NCBI GenBank assembly: GCA_963804015.1
Contig: CAWDOW010000014.1
Span: forward strand, 171,128-235,127
Direction: 5' to 3'
DNA length: 64,000 nucleotides
Origin: an uncultured Pseudomonadota bacterium
GTDB lineage: Bacteria; Pseudomonadota; Alphaproteobacteria; Rhizobiales; Xanthobacteraceae
Shown here: piece by piece, positions 20,456-31,702 of the stretch
Layout: the number at the start of each line of letters is the position of its first letter
How positions within the stretch are numbered: the first letter of the stretch is position 1
Position numbers and translations under genes: made by a program
Notes under the pieces: model-generated
The model's input: only the letters and a program-made list of their open reading frames with translations
The model's database searches: none
What the model was told of the DNA's origin: nothing

Positions 20456-21477
20456 TTATTGCGGTGGCGTGTAGCGTACCACTTCCTGTTCGATGGCGCC
20501 GAAGATCGAGCGCCCGTCCTTGTCGTTCATTTCGATGCGAACCTTGTCGCCGAATTTCAGGAACGGCGTGGTCGGCTTGCCGTGCAGAATGGTCTCGACC
20601 GTGCGCTGTTCGGCGAGACAGGAATAGCCGAGCCCGCCCTCCGAAATCGGCTTGCCCGGCCCGCCACCGGGATCGCGGTTGGAGACCGTACCGGCGCCGA
20701 GAATGGTTCCCGCGCCGAGCGGGCGCGTTTTCGCCGCATGCACGATCAGCGCCGGAAAATCGAACGTCATGTCCACCGAGCAGACCGGCTTTCCGAACGG
20801 CTTGCCGTTGATGAAGCTGAGCAGCGGCAGATCGACCTTGGCGCCGTCCCAGGCCTTGCCGAGTTCGTCCGGCGTGACCGCAACCGGCGTGAAGGCCGAC
20901 GGCGGCTTCGACTGCAGGAAGCCGAAGCCCTTGGCGAGTTCGGGCGGCGGTGATGTTGCGCAGCGTCACGTCGTTGACCAGCATGATCAGCTTGATCGCC
21001 TTCGCCGCCTGTTCGCGGGTCGCGCCCATCGGCACGATCGCCGAGGATCACGACCACTTCGGCCTCGATATCGATGCCCCAGGCCTCGTCGGCGAGCGCG
21101 ATCGGCTCGCGCGGGCCCATCACGATGTCGGAAATGCCCTGATACATCAGCGGATCGGTCCAGAACGATTCCGGCACTTCGGCGCCCCTCGCCTGCCGCA
21201 CCAGTGCGACATGGTTCACATAGGCCGAGCCGTCGAGCCATTGATAGGCGCGCGGCAAGGGCGAGGCGCATTTCGCCGGATCGAACGGCATATGCGCGAT
21301 GCGGTTCGCTTCCAGCGAATCCGCGATCTCGGTCAGCCGCGGCAAGGCCGCGTCCCAGTCATCGAGCGCGGCCTGCAAGGTCGGCGCGACCGCCGACGCA
21401 TCGGCGCAGCGCGTAAGATCGCGCGACACCACGACCAGCCGCCCGTCGCGGCCATCCTTCAACGATGCGAGCTTCAT
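20456..21477 (-). CDS. Fumarylacetoacetate hydrolase family protein (frameshifts)
   Basis: MKLASLKDGRDGRLVVVSRDL, LPRAYQWLDGSAY, DPLMYQG, GTVSN, SIFGAIEQ; directly follows hmgA. Confidence 0.9.
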
Positions 21478-22877
21478 TCAGCGCGGCTCGCGGCGTTTCG
21501 GATCGAAGTGCTTCTTCAGGCCCTTCCAGCAATCGACGTAGTCGTCCTGCCGGGTTTCGAGGCCGGCGGCATATTTGGTGACGCGCTGGCGGAAGCGGGT
21601 CTCGAACATGAAGGCGAGCGTGTTGGCGAGCTTCACCGGCTTCAGCTCGACATTGCTGGCATGCTCGAAGGCATCGACGTCGGGTCCGTGCGGCAGCATG
21701 GTATTGTGCAGCGAGAAGCCGCCCGGCACGAAGCCTTCGGGCTTGGCGTCGTAGACGCCGAACACCAGGCCCATGAATTCCGACATGATGTTGCGGTGAT
21801 ACCAGGGCGGCCGGAAGGTGTTCTCGGCGACGCCCCAGCGCTCCGGGAAAATCACGAAATCGATATTGGCGGTGCCGGGCGTTTCCGACGGCGAGGTCAG
21901 CACCGTGAAGATCGACGGATCGGGATGATCGAACAGCACCGCACCGACCGGCGAGAAGTGCCGCAGATCGTATTTGTAGGGCGCGTAATTGCCGTGCCAC
22001 GCCACCACATCGAGCGGCGAATGCGGCATTCTGGTTTCGAACATCTCGCCGCCCCACTTCACATACAGCGTGCAGGGCTCCTCGACATCCTCATAGGCTG
22101 CAACCGGCGTCAGGAAGTCGCGCGGATTGGCGAGGCAATTGGCGCCGATCGGGCCGCGATCCGGCAGCGTGAAGCCGCCGCCGTAATTCTCGCAGACATA
22201 GGCGCGCGCCGGACCATCGACCAGTTCGACGCGGAAGATGACGCCGCGCGGGATCACGCAGATCTCGCCGGGCGCAATCTCGATCAGGCCGAATTCGGTG
22301 CGGAAGCGCAAGGCTGCCCTGCTGCGCGACGATCAGCAATTCGCCGTCGGCGTTGAAGAAATGCTCGCGCACCATCGATTCGGTGACGAGCAGCACATGC
22401 ACGGCCATGCCGCTCATCGACTTCGCAATCGCCGGCGACCGTGACGGTCTGCAGACCGGTGACGAAGGTGAGCTTCGTCTTCGGGATCGGCGACGGGCTC
22501 CAGCGCAACTGCCCGAGCGGCAGATCGGCATCCTCGCGGTCGGGCGCGGTGCGGATCAGGCCACGGTCGATTTTCTTGAAGCGGCCGGTATGGCGCACGG
22601 TCGGGCGGATGCGATAGAGCCAGGAGCGCTGGTTGGTCGCCTGCGGCGCGGTGAAAGGCGAGCCGGAAAGCTGCTCGGCATAGAGACCGTAATTGATCTT
22701 CTGCGGCGAGTTGCGGCCGATCGGCAGCGCGCCCGGCAACGCCTCGGTCTCGAACGAATTGCCGAAGCCCGACATGTATTCGGCGGCATCGACCAGAGGC
22801 TCGGTTCTGATCTTGTCGGTAACCGCTGCGGGAGAAGCCTGCCGCTTGACCCGCGGCGCGGTGTCGATCTCGGCCAT
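21478..22877 (-). CDS. hmgA: Homogentisate 1,2-dioxygenase (frameshifts near 22420 and 22315)
   Basis: [73 protein letters not shown]. Confidence 0.95.
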
Positions 22878-22953
22878 ACCCTGTCCTCCTTGGAAATCGC
22901 GGTCGTTGCACCGCCGCCCTGATTATTGCTGTTTTTGCTTTGAAGAGAGGATA

Positions 22954-22967
22954 GTTACATATGCAAC
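22954..22967. promoter_or_regulatory. Palindromic operator candidate upstream of hmgA
   Basis: GTTACAT-ATGCAAC (one mismatch) in an AT-rich patch about 80 nt upstream of hmgA. Confidence 0.45.
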
Positions 22968-23253
22968 CAATGTCAACGAAGCGTTAACCCAAGGCGATTC
23001 CACGACATTTCGGCACATTTGCCTTGAAACCGACACGCGAACAGTCCATATGAGCGCCATCGAAGCTGGCCTTTTGAGGCCGCTTGCGGGCCGCGTGAAC
23101 GAAAACCAATTCTCGCGAATTGGCTTTCGGCCCGCCTTTCTCACCGATCTCACCGGCAGCCCTGACCACGCGGGATGTCTTTTGAACCCCGCGCGTCGCG
23201 TTCGTGTCCCTGATCCGGGCCGGGCGATCGTGCTGCATGAAAGAACTGATCTT

Positions 23254-24665
23254 TTGACCGCTTTTCTTGAACTCGGACTCGCTGAGTCCATCACCCGTGC
23301 CACTCGTCGAAGAAGGCTACGAAACCCCCACCCCGATCCAGTCGCAGACCATCCCGCACGTGCTCGCCGGCCGCGACGTCGTCGGCATTGCGCAGACCGG
23401 CACCGGCAAGACCGCAGCCTTCGCGCTGCCGATCCTCCATCACCTGTCGAAGAATCGCATGCGCCCCGAGCGCAAGAGCTGCCGCGTGCTGGTGCTGAGC
23501 CCGACGCGCGAGCTGTCCGGCCAGATCGTCGACAGCTTCAAGACCTATGGCCGCCATCATGAAGGTCTCGGTGACGCTCGCCATCGGCGGCGTTCCGATC
23601 GGCCGGCAGATGCGGGCGATGGCGAACGGCGTCGATGTGCTGGTCGCCACGCCCGGCCGCCTGCTCGATCTGATGCAGGAACGGCCGTGAGCCTCGACAA
23701 GGTCGAGATCTTCGTGCTCGACGAAGCCGACCGCATGCTCGACATGGGCTTCATCCACGACATCCGCCGCATCGTCGGCAAGCTGCCGACGGAGCGGCAG
23801 ACGCTGTTCTTCTCCGCCACCATGCCGCCGCCGATCGAAGAACTCGGCCGCATGATGCTGCGCGATCCCGCCCGCGTCGCGGTGACGCCGCAGGCCTCGA
23901 CCGCCGAGCGCATCTCGCAGCGCGTCGTGCATGTCGACGAAGTCCGGCAAGGCCGCTCTGCTCGCCGACCTCCTGCGCAGCGAGCCGATCGACCGCGCCA
24001 TCGTCTTCACCCGCACCAAGCACGGCGCCGACAAGCGTGGTGCGCCAGCTCAACCAGGCAGGGCCTCGCGGCCGAAGCGATCCACGGCAACAAGTCGCAA
24101 GGCCAGCGCGAGCGGGCGCTCGCCGCCTTCCGCAACGGCAAGGTCAAGACCCTGATCGCCACCGACATCGCCGCGCGCGGCATCGATGTCGACGGCATCA
24201 CCCACGTCATCAACTACGACCTGCCGAACGTGCCGGAGAGCTACGTGCACCGCATCGGCCGCACCGCGCGCGCCGGCGCCGAGGGCATTGCGATCTCGTT
24301 CTGCGATCACGAGGAGCGCGCCTATCTGCGCGACATCGAACGGCTCATTCGCATGTCGCTGCCCTCGACCGACAAGCACGGCCGGACCGGCAGGCGAATC
24401 GCCAGGCCCCGTCGCGCAGGCACGCGCCGCCCGGCATCCGCCGAAGGCAAGCCGCGCAACCGCCCCGGCCAGCGCGGCGTCGGCGCGACGCGGAGCCGTG
24501 AGGCTCCAGCGCGGCCAGAAGTTCGCCACAGGAATCGCGTCCGGCGTCACAGCCCCGAAAGCCAATGGCGGAACCGCCGACGGTGCGATATCCTCTGTCG
24601 GATTCATGCAGGACCGGCGTCCCGAACGCCACGCCTCGCGGCGGAACGCGCATACGCCGCGCTGA
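23254..24665 (+). CDS. rhlE: DEAD-box RNA helicase, RhlE-like (several frameshifts)
   Basis: Q motif [38 protein letters not shown]; probable TTG start. Confidence 0.9.
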
Positions 24666-24689
24666 TCCATTCGCTAAAAGGACTTGTGG

Positions 24690-24962
24690 ATGTCGAAAGA
24701 AGAAATGCTCGAATTCGACGGCACCGTCACTGAGGTGCTGCCGGACGGAAATTTCCGCGTGAAGCTCGACAACGATCATGAGATTCTCGCCTACACCGCC
24801 GGCAAGATGCGCAAATTCCGCATCCGCACCGGCGTCGGCGATCGCGTGATCGTGGAAATGTCGCCCTACGATCTGTCGCGCGGCCGCATCAGCTTCCGCC
24901 ATCGCGGCAACGCGATGCCGGCTCCGCCGACCCGAAGGCAGACCTTCGTCAGAAAGCGTTAG
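24690..24962 (+). CDS. infA: Translation initiation factor IF-1 with basic C-terminal extension
   Basis: [40 protein letters not shown]. Confidence 0.95.
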   Translation: MSKEEMLEFDGTVTEVLPDGNFRVKLDNDHEILAYTAGKMRKFRIRTGVGDRVIVEMSPYDLSRGRISFRHRGNAMPAPPTRRQTFVRKR

Positions 24963-25003
24963 GCGATTCAGTTACAGCGAGCTTTGTTGCGCGAGCAAAA
25001 TCG

Positions 25004-25300
25004 ATGCGAAAAGCCGGCAGAGAAGACTTCCTGACCGTCGCAATGGCGTGTGGATTGCTTCTCTGTCTGGCCGCTTCGCCGGCCGCCGCGCAAACTCCTC
25101 CGCCCGACAAGCCGAAAGCCACCTCGACGCGCGCCGAGCGGGCAGCCGCCCAGGCCGCGCGGCGCAAGCAGATGATGGAACGCGACGCAGCCTTGCGCGC
25201 CAGGCGCGCCGCCTGCCTGCAGGAACGCAAGGACAAGAAAATTCCGATCCTGCAACGTCCGCGATTCATCCGCGACTGCATGGCGCGAAAGACGCCCTGA
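25004..25300 (+). CDS. Small exported protein, PsiF-like two-Cys helical domain
   Basis: Signal peptide ending AAA-Q; ACLQERKDKKI...RFIRDCM. Confidence 0.6.
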   Translation: MRKAGREDFLTVAMACGLLLCLAASPAAAQTPPPDKPKATSTRAERAAAQAARRKQMMERDAALRARRAACLQERKDKKIPILQRPRFIRDCMARKTP

Positions 25301-25316
25301 CCGGACGCCCCTGTCC

Positions 25317-26826
25317 CTACACCACCGCATTTCTCGCCGCCGCCTCGCGAAACCAGGCGGCGCTCAGCTTCGGGGTGCGCTTCTGCGTCTTGTAGTCGAC
25401 GTAGACCAGTCCGAAGCGCCGGCCATAGCCGTCGCTCCATTCGAAATTGTCCATCAGGCTCCAGACGAAATTGCCCTTCACCGGCAGCCCCTCGGCGGTC
25501 GCGCGCTGAAGCTGCATCATCGCATTGCGCAGATACATGACGCGGTCGGAATCGGAGACGCGTGCCATCGGCGGCCACCACGTCATCGCGCGCCGCAGCC
25601 ATTCTCGGTGATGTAGATTTCCTTCACGTTCCAGATCGATTGCAGCAGCCGCGGCGCCCAATACAGCACTTCGGGTCCGAGCAATTGCCAGTGCGACGCC
25701 ATCCTGGGATGGGAGGCATTTTCCGGAACGACCCGATAGCCCGGCGCCGTGTCGGAGACCGTCACGTAAGTCGACGGCCGGTAGACATTGATGCCGACGA
25801 AATCGAGCGGCGAACGAGATGATGCGCAAATCCTCGTCGGTGAATTTCGGCGCATCCTTGCCGGCAGCGGCCAGATAAGCGTCGCTGTATTTGCCGTCCA
25901 GGATCACGCCGAGATAGGGCGCATTCTGATCGCGCGTCGCCGCCTCCGCCGCCTTGATATGCGCGGCATTCTCGATCACCGGCACTGCGATGCTGATATT
26001 CTCCGCAGGTCCCACCTTGGTCCCCGGTTGCCCCAGCGCGCGAATGGCCTGCACCGCCAATCCATGACCGAGCACGGCATGATGGCGGACCTGATTGAGC
26101 GCCGGCCGGCGAAAGTCTCAGACCGGGCGCGTGTTCGATCCGCGATGGCTTGCCATCCGCCATCGTGTCGATGCCGCGATGGCCCAGTTCCACGAACACG
26201 CTGAATTCGTTGATCGTGAAGAAATGCCGGACCCGATCACTCAGGCCTCTGGCGACATGACCGGAATAATCGCCGAACGCCTTCGCGGTCTCGCGCGACT
26301 GCCAGCCGCCAACTTTATCCTGCAAGGCCTGCGGCAAATCCCAATGATACAGCGTCGCAAATGGCTCGATGCCGGCGGCGAGCAATTCATCGACCAGCCG
26401 ATTGTAGAAATCCATTCCTTTCCGGTTCGGCGTTCCGGCACCTTCCGGAAAGATGCGCGGCCAGGAGATCGAGAAGCGATAGGCCTTCGCGCCCATCTCC
26501 TTCATCATCGCCACGTCCTGCCGGTAGAGCCGGTAATGGTCGTTGGCGACATCGCCGGTATCGCCGTTCTTTATCTTTCCCGGGATGTGGGAATAGGTAT
26601 CCCAGATCGACTTGCCCTTGCCGTCCGCATCCGGCGAGCCCTCGATCTGATAGGCCGCGGTCGCTACGCCCCAGACAAAGCCAGGCGGAAATTGCGGTGG
26701 CGACGGCGCGGTCCGCCGATCCGCTCGCGGCATTTTGCGCAGCCGCCGGCACGCGCAGCGCCCATCGTTACCAAAGGCGGCGACACCAGCCGCTCCGAAC
26801 TCCCGTCTCGTGATCCGTGATCTCAT
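25317..26826 (-). CDS. GH1 beta-glucosidase with Tat signal (several frameshifts)
   Basis: TRREF Tat motif, FVWGVATAAYQIEG, YRFSISWPRI, TLYHWDLP, TINE (acid/base), ITENG (nucleophile), WSLMDNFEW. Confidence 0.92.
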
Positions 26827-26859
26827 GTCCGACGGTCCAGTTTCGGCGAGGAAAGCCGG

Positions 26860-27928
26860 TCAGGTCCGGCGGCGCACGATAACCGCAAGCGTCAGGTCGT
26901 CAAACGGATAGTCGCGCGGGCGGCCGCCAGTGCGCTCTGCATCGACGCATAGAAGCGATCGGCGAGTGCCGTGGCGTCGCCCTTGCCGTACCGGAACAGG
27001 CCGTCGCGCAGGCTGCTTTCGCTGAAGGCGCGCGTGAAGGCGGTGTAGTTTTTCGCGAAGGTTGCGACATCGCCGGTCTTGTCGAGCGCGACCTGATAGG
27101 GCGACGGCACCGGATTGAGTCCGCAATGCAGCAGTTCCAGCCGATCCGCCAGCGCACCCGCGATCGGCGCCCTCGCTTCTTCCAGGGTGCGCGGCACCAC
27201 CGGAAAGCAATAGCGCGCATAGACATCCTGCGGCACGTCGCCGGCATCGACCAGTTGCAGCGCGCATTGATTCATCAATTTCAGAAGCCCCGCGGCACTG
27301 ACCCGCACCGGATCGGTGCTGCCGTCGGAGCCGAGCATCTGAACCAGCAGCACGCCACCCGGCTGCAATTCCTCCGCCCGCGCCTCCAGAAAGGCCTGCC
27401 AATCGGCAGCCGCCTGTTTGAGAATCTTCGCAAGTTCGGACGGCAGGCGCATCCGAACGATACAGCGAGCGCGGCATGTCGAGGTCCGGCGGCTGCCGCG
27501 ACAGCCAGTGAACGGCGGAGCCCGAGGTGCCGAGCGTCACGCTTGCCGGCAGCGTCACCCGCTCGAAAAAGCCGCGCGGCGCAAACAAGGCGCGCGCCTG
27601 CGGAAAATGCAGGAGATAGCTGTCCGGACCGGACAGGTTTCTTGCCAGACCCTGCCAGTCATTGGTCGGCAGATCGTTATGCACGACCGCGAAGCCCGAA
27701 ACTCCGCGCCCCGCCAGAAGCTCGAGCGCGCTGCCGATGGTCGCCATCGAATTGCGGCCTTCGGAACAGCCGTAATCGGCGATCGTGACCTCGCCGCCCG
27801 CCGGCAACGAGAGCGCCGCGACCGCCTGTTGCAGCAGCGCCTTGCCGCTTGCGGCCGACGTCGGCCTGGAACGACGAATGGGCGTCGTAATAGCCGCCGC
27901 CGACCATTCCCTTCGTCGCATCGGTCAT
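26860..27928 (-). CDS. SAM-dependent carboxyl methyltransferase, SABATH/Methyltransf_7 family (frameshifts)
   Basis: MVGGGYYDAHSSFQ, IADYGCSEGRNS, HNDLPTNDW, GFFERV.LP, SAVHWLS. Confidence 0.82.
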
Positions 27929-27966
27929 CGTTGCTCTTCCTCAGATCCGCATTCGGCAAATCGCTC

Positions 27967-29204
27967 CTAAGCCAATATCGCCGGCAGCGCGATGAACCCG
28001 CGAAAGCGCGCGCGCGGCGAGCGCACGGGCGCGCCTTCCAGCCGATAGTCCGGAAATTTCTTCAGGAAACGCTCGAGTGCGATGCGGCCTTCCAGCCGCG
28101 CCACATTCATGCCGGCGCAGACATGGATGCCGCTGGCAAAGGCGAGATGCCGGTTGGGATTGACGGCCGACATCGAAGCGGTCGGGATCGGGAAAATATT
28201 TCGGATCGCGGTTGGCGCCGCCGATGCAGATGGTGATGAGATCGCCCTCCTTCATCGCAACGCCGCCCAGCATCGTGTCCGCCACCACGCGGCGGTTGCC
28301 GAGCTGGTTCGAGCTTTCGAAGCGCAGCACCTCCTCGACCGCGATTTCATCAGCGACGGGATCGTCCATCACGCGCTGCATCTGGTCGGGATATCGCAGG
28401 AACGTATAGAGCGCGTTGCCGATCAGATTGGTGGTGGTCTCATGGCCGGCATTGAGGATGAAGATGCAGTTCTGCAGCAGCTCGGTTTCGGTGAGCTTGC
28501 GGCCCTCATGCTCGCCGTTGATCAGTCGTGTCAGCACGTCCTTGTCGGGATCGCCGGGATTTCGCCTGCGGTCGTCGGTGAGGATTTTCAGATAGCCGAG
28601 AAAATCGCGTACCGCTTCGTTGCCGATGCGGGTCTGCTCGTTCGGTCAGGACCGGTTCGAGCGCGCCGAGGATGGCGAGCGACCAGCCGCGCAGCGGCCC
28701 GCGTTCCTCGTGCGGTACGCCGAGCAGGTTGCCGATGATCTCGACCGGGATGGCGGAGGCGAAATCCTCGATCAGGTCGACCCGGCCTTTGCGCTCCATT
28801 TGCGCCAGCAGGCGGTCGACCAGTTCGATCAGCCCGATTTCCATTTCTGCGATGGCGCGCGGCGACAGCGCGCCGGCGATCGCGCGCCGCACATGGGTAT
28901 GCAAGGGCGGATCGTTGAAGACGAGGCTCGTGGTGTGATGCTCGAATAGCGGGGTGTCGCCGAATTTCGGAAAGAACTCGATCTTCTTGTCGGAGGAATA
29001 GGTCCAGGCGTCCTTGTAGAGCGCCTCGCAATCGTCATAGCGGGTGATGAAGTAGCTGCCGTCCGGCATGCGATGCACCGGATCGTGTTCGCGCAGCGCG
29101 CGATAATAGGGATACGGGTCGTCGATGAAATCGGGCGGCAGCCGCTTCAGGTCGAAGGCGCGCGCCGCCTGCGCGGCTTCGCTCGCATCTGCAAATCTGG
29201 GCAT
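27967..29204 (-). CDS. Cytochrome P450 (frameshifts)
   Basis: DPYPYYRALREHDPV, DPPLHT, NAGHETT I-helix, EEVLR (ExxR), HLAFASGIHVCAG heme ligand. Confidence 0.93.
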
Positions 29205-29355
29205 CCGGCATAACCGTCCCGCTCATGCCTCATTAGCACACCGCCGCATGGCCCGCTGTCAATCGCTTCCGCCGCCGGACGCCGTTGCGCCACCGGCAAA
29301 GTTACGTCATGGTCGCTGCCGGCCGTCCTGCGGGAGAGAATGGCGGACGACAACG

Positions 29356-29895
29356 ATGGTACAGACCAAGGCAGCCCCGAGGCCGCCGTCAGGTGAAAGC
29401 GAGTCGCGGGCACGAAACGGCCGCGACGCGCCGCTCAGACTCGACGATTTCCTGCCCTACCAGCTCAACGTGGCGGCAAGTCTGGTCTCGCAGGCGCTGT
29501 CGAAAATCTATGCCGAGCGCTACGGCATCGGCGTGCCGGAATGGCGTGTGCTGGTGACGCTCGGCGAGTTCGAGAGCATGACCGGCAAGGCGATCGGCGC
29601 GCATAGCCACATGCACAAGACCAAGGTTTCGCGCGCGGTGGCGCTGCTCGAAAAGCGCAAATGGCTGATGCGGCGGGTCAACCGCTCGGACCTTCGCGAA
29701 TCGTTCCTGTCGCTCACGCCGGAAGGCCGCGCGATCTATGACGAACTCGCGCCCGGTGCGGTCGCGTTCGCCCGCGATATCATCGAGGCCGTCGATCCGG
29801 CGGATCGCCCCGCCTTCGCGCGTGCGCTGCAGCAGGTGATCCGCCGATCGAAGCCGCTGGCCGACGAAGCGATGGACGAGTTTTCGGACAATTGA
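29356..29895 (+). CDS. MarR family transcriptional regulator
   Basis: LRLDDFLPYQL, PEWRVL, MHKTKVSRAV, DLRESFLSLTPEGR. Confidence 0.9.
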   Translation: MVQTKAAPRPPSGESESRARNGRDAPLRLDDFLPYQLNVAASLVSQALSKIYAERYGIGVPEWRVLVTLGEFESMTGKAIGAHSHMHKTKVSRAVALLEKRKWLMRRVNRSDLRESFLSLTPEGRAIYDELAPGAVAFARDIIEAVDPADRPAFARALQQVIRRSKPLADEAMDEFSDN

Positions 29896-30001
29896 AGGCC
29901 GGGCGCACGGGCAGGCGGCATACTTGCCTTGAGCCCCATGCACTGGACAAGCCGCGCACAACCAAGTTTGGTCCAGCCTCACAAGGCCGCCGGAGGATCG
30001 C

Positions 30002-30634
30002 GTGAAGCTCTATACCTATTTCCGTTCGTCCGCCGCCTATCGGGTACGGATCGCGCTTAACCTCAAAGAATTGCCCTATGAAGCGATCCCGATCCATCTC
30101 ACGAAAGATGGCGGGCGCCACAAGAGTGCGGAATATCGCGCGATCAACCCGCAGATGCGGGTTCCCGCGCTGACGCTCGACACTGGCGAGACCATCCTGC
30201 AGTCGCTTGCGATCGTCGAATATCTGGAGGAAACCCATCCAAATCCGCCGCTCTTGCCGAAGGGCGCGCTCGAACGCGCGCATGTTCGCGCAGTGTCGCA
30301 GATCGTGGCTTGCGACATTCATCCGCTGAACAATCTGGTGACGTTGAACTATCTCAAGAAGCTCGGCCACGATCAGGCGATCGTGGACGAATGGTATGCG
30401 TCCTGGGTCAAGGCAGGCTTCGAGGCGATCGAGCCGCTGCTCAAGCCCGGCCCCTATTGCTTCGGCGCCGAGCCCGGCATGGCCGATCTGTGCCTGGTGC
30501 CGCAGGTGTTCAATGCACGGCGCTTCAAGGTATCGCTCGAAGCCTTTCCGAAGATCGCAGGCATCGAGGCGGCCTGCGGCAAGCTCGACGCTTTCGAAAA
30601 GGCCCGCCCCGAAAATCAGCCGGACACGGAATAA
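30002..30634 (+). CDS. maiA: Maleylacetoacetate isomerase (zeta-class GST)
   Basis: YFRSSAAYRVRIALNLK, QSLAIVEYL, CDIHPLNN, ADLCLVPQVFNARRF. Confidence 0.94.
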   Translation: MKLYTYFRSSAAYRVRIALNLKELPYEAIPIHLTKDGGRHKSAEYRAINPQMRVPALTLDTGETILQSLAIVEYLEETHPNPPLLPKGALERAHVRAVSQIVACDIHPLNNLVTLNYLKKLGHDQAIVDEWYASWVKAGFEAIEPLLKPGPYCFGAEPGMADLCLVPQVFNARRFKVSLEAFPKIAGIEAACGKLDAFEKARPENQPDTE

Positions 30635-30685
30635 CAACAAAGTTCCGGTGCCTGCAGGCGGCGGATCGAGTCAAGCGAGCGCCAG

Positions 30686-31601
30686 GTGCAAACGCAAAAT
30701 ATCGTTCGCGTCATTCTGTGGATGACCGGCACATTGCTGTCGTTCTCGGTGATGGCGATCTCGATCCGCCTGCTCGCGGGCCGGCTGTCGATATTCGAAA
30801 TCCTGACACTGCGCACCTTCGGCGCGCTGACGATCCTGACTGTACTCTTGGTCGTGAAACCGTCGCTGCGTCCCGACATACGCACCAGGCGGCTGCCGAC
30901 GCATTTCCTGCGCAGCGTCGTTCACTTCGTCGGGCAATATTGCTGGGCGCTGTCGCTGACGATTCTTCCGTTCGCCACCGTATTCGCAATCGAGTTCACG
31001 CTGCCGGTATGGGTGCTCATTCTTGCGATCGTCATACTCGGCGAAAAGCTCACCTCCGGTCGCGTGGTGGTGATTGTCCTGGGCTTCATCGGAGCGCTGG
31101 TGATCCTGCGTCCGGGATTCGAAGCCTTCCAGCCGGCGTCGCTGCTCGTGCTGACTTCCTCGTTCTGCTATGCCATCTTCAATGTCTATACCAAGCAAAT
31201 GACGGCGACCGACACGACCTTCGGTATCGTGTTCTGGATGAATGTCATGCAATTTCCGGTCGCGCTTGCAGGCAGCGATCCGCTGTTTTTCCTCAAGCTC
31301 GAGCCCTGGCAGATCTTTCCGGGGATCGCCGTCGGAATTGTCGGCCTTTCGGCGCATTTCTGCATGGCCAAGGCATTCGGCTACGGCGACGCCAGCCTGG
31401 TCGTACCGCTCGATTTCCTGCGCGTGCCGCTGATCGCGGTGGTCGGCTGGCTGTTTTTCGGAGAGATCCGTCGACACGCTGGTCTTTGTCGGCGGCCTGA
31501 TCATCATGGCCGGGATCCTGTGGAATTTGCGGGCGGAGTCGAAAAACGCGAAAAAAAGCATCGCGCTACCGGATGACCAGGGGCTGTCCGAGCCACAGTG
31601 A
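30686..31601 (+). CDS. DMT/EamA family transporter (frameshift near 31470)
   Basis: About ten hydrophobic segments, LGEKL, VVPLDFLRVP..GWLFFGE. Confidence 0.87.
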
Positions 31602-31702
31602 GGTTTTTTCTCTTTTGACCCCTTTGCGGGGCCGCCGGCCGTTTGATAACCATCGCGTCGCCTCATTCCGGAGCCAGGAAAGGGCAAAATGCACGGGATT
31701 CC

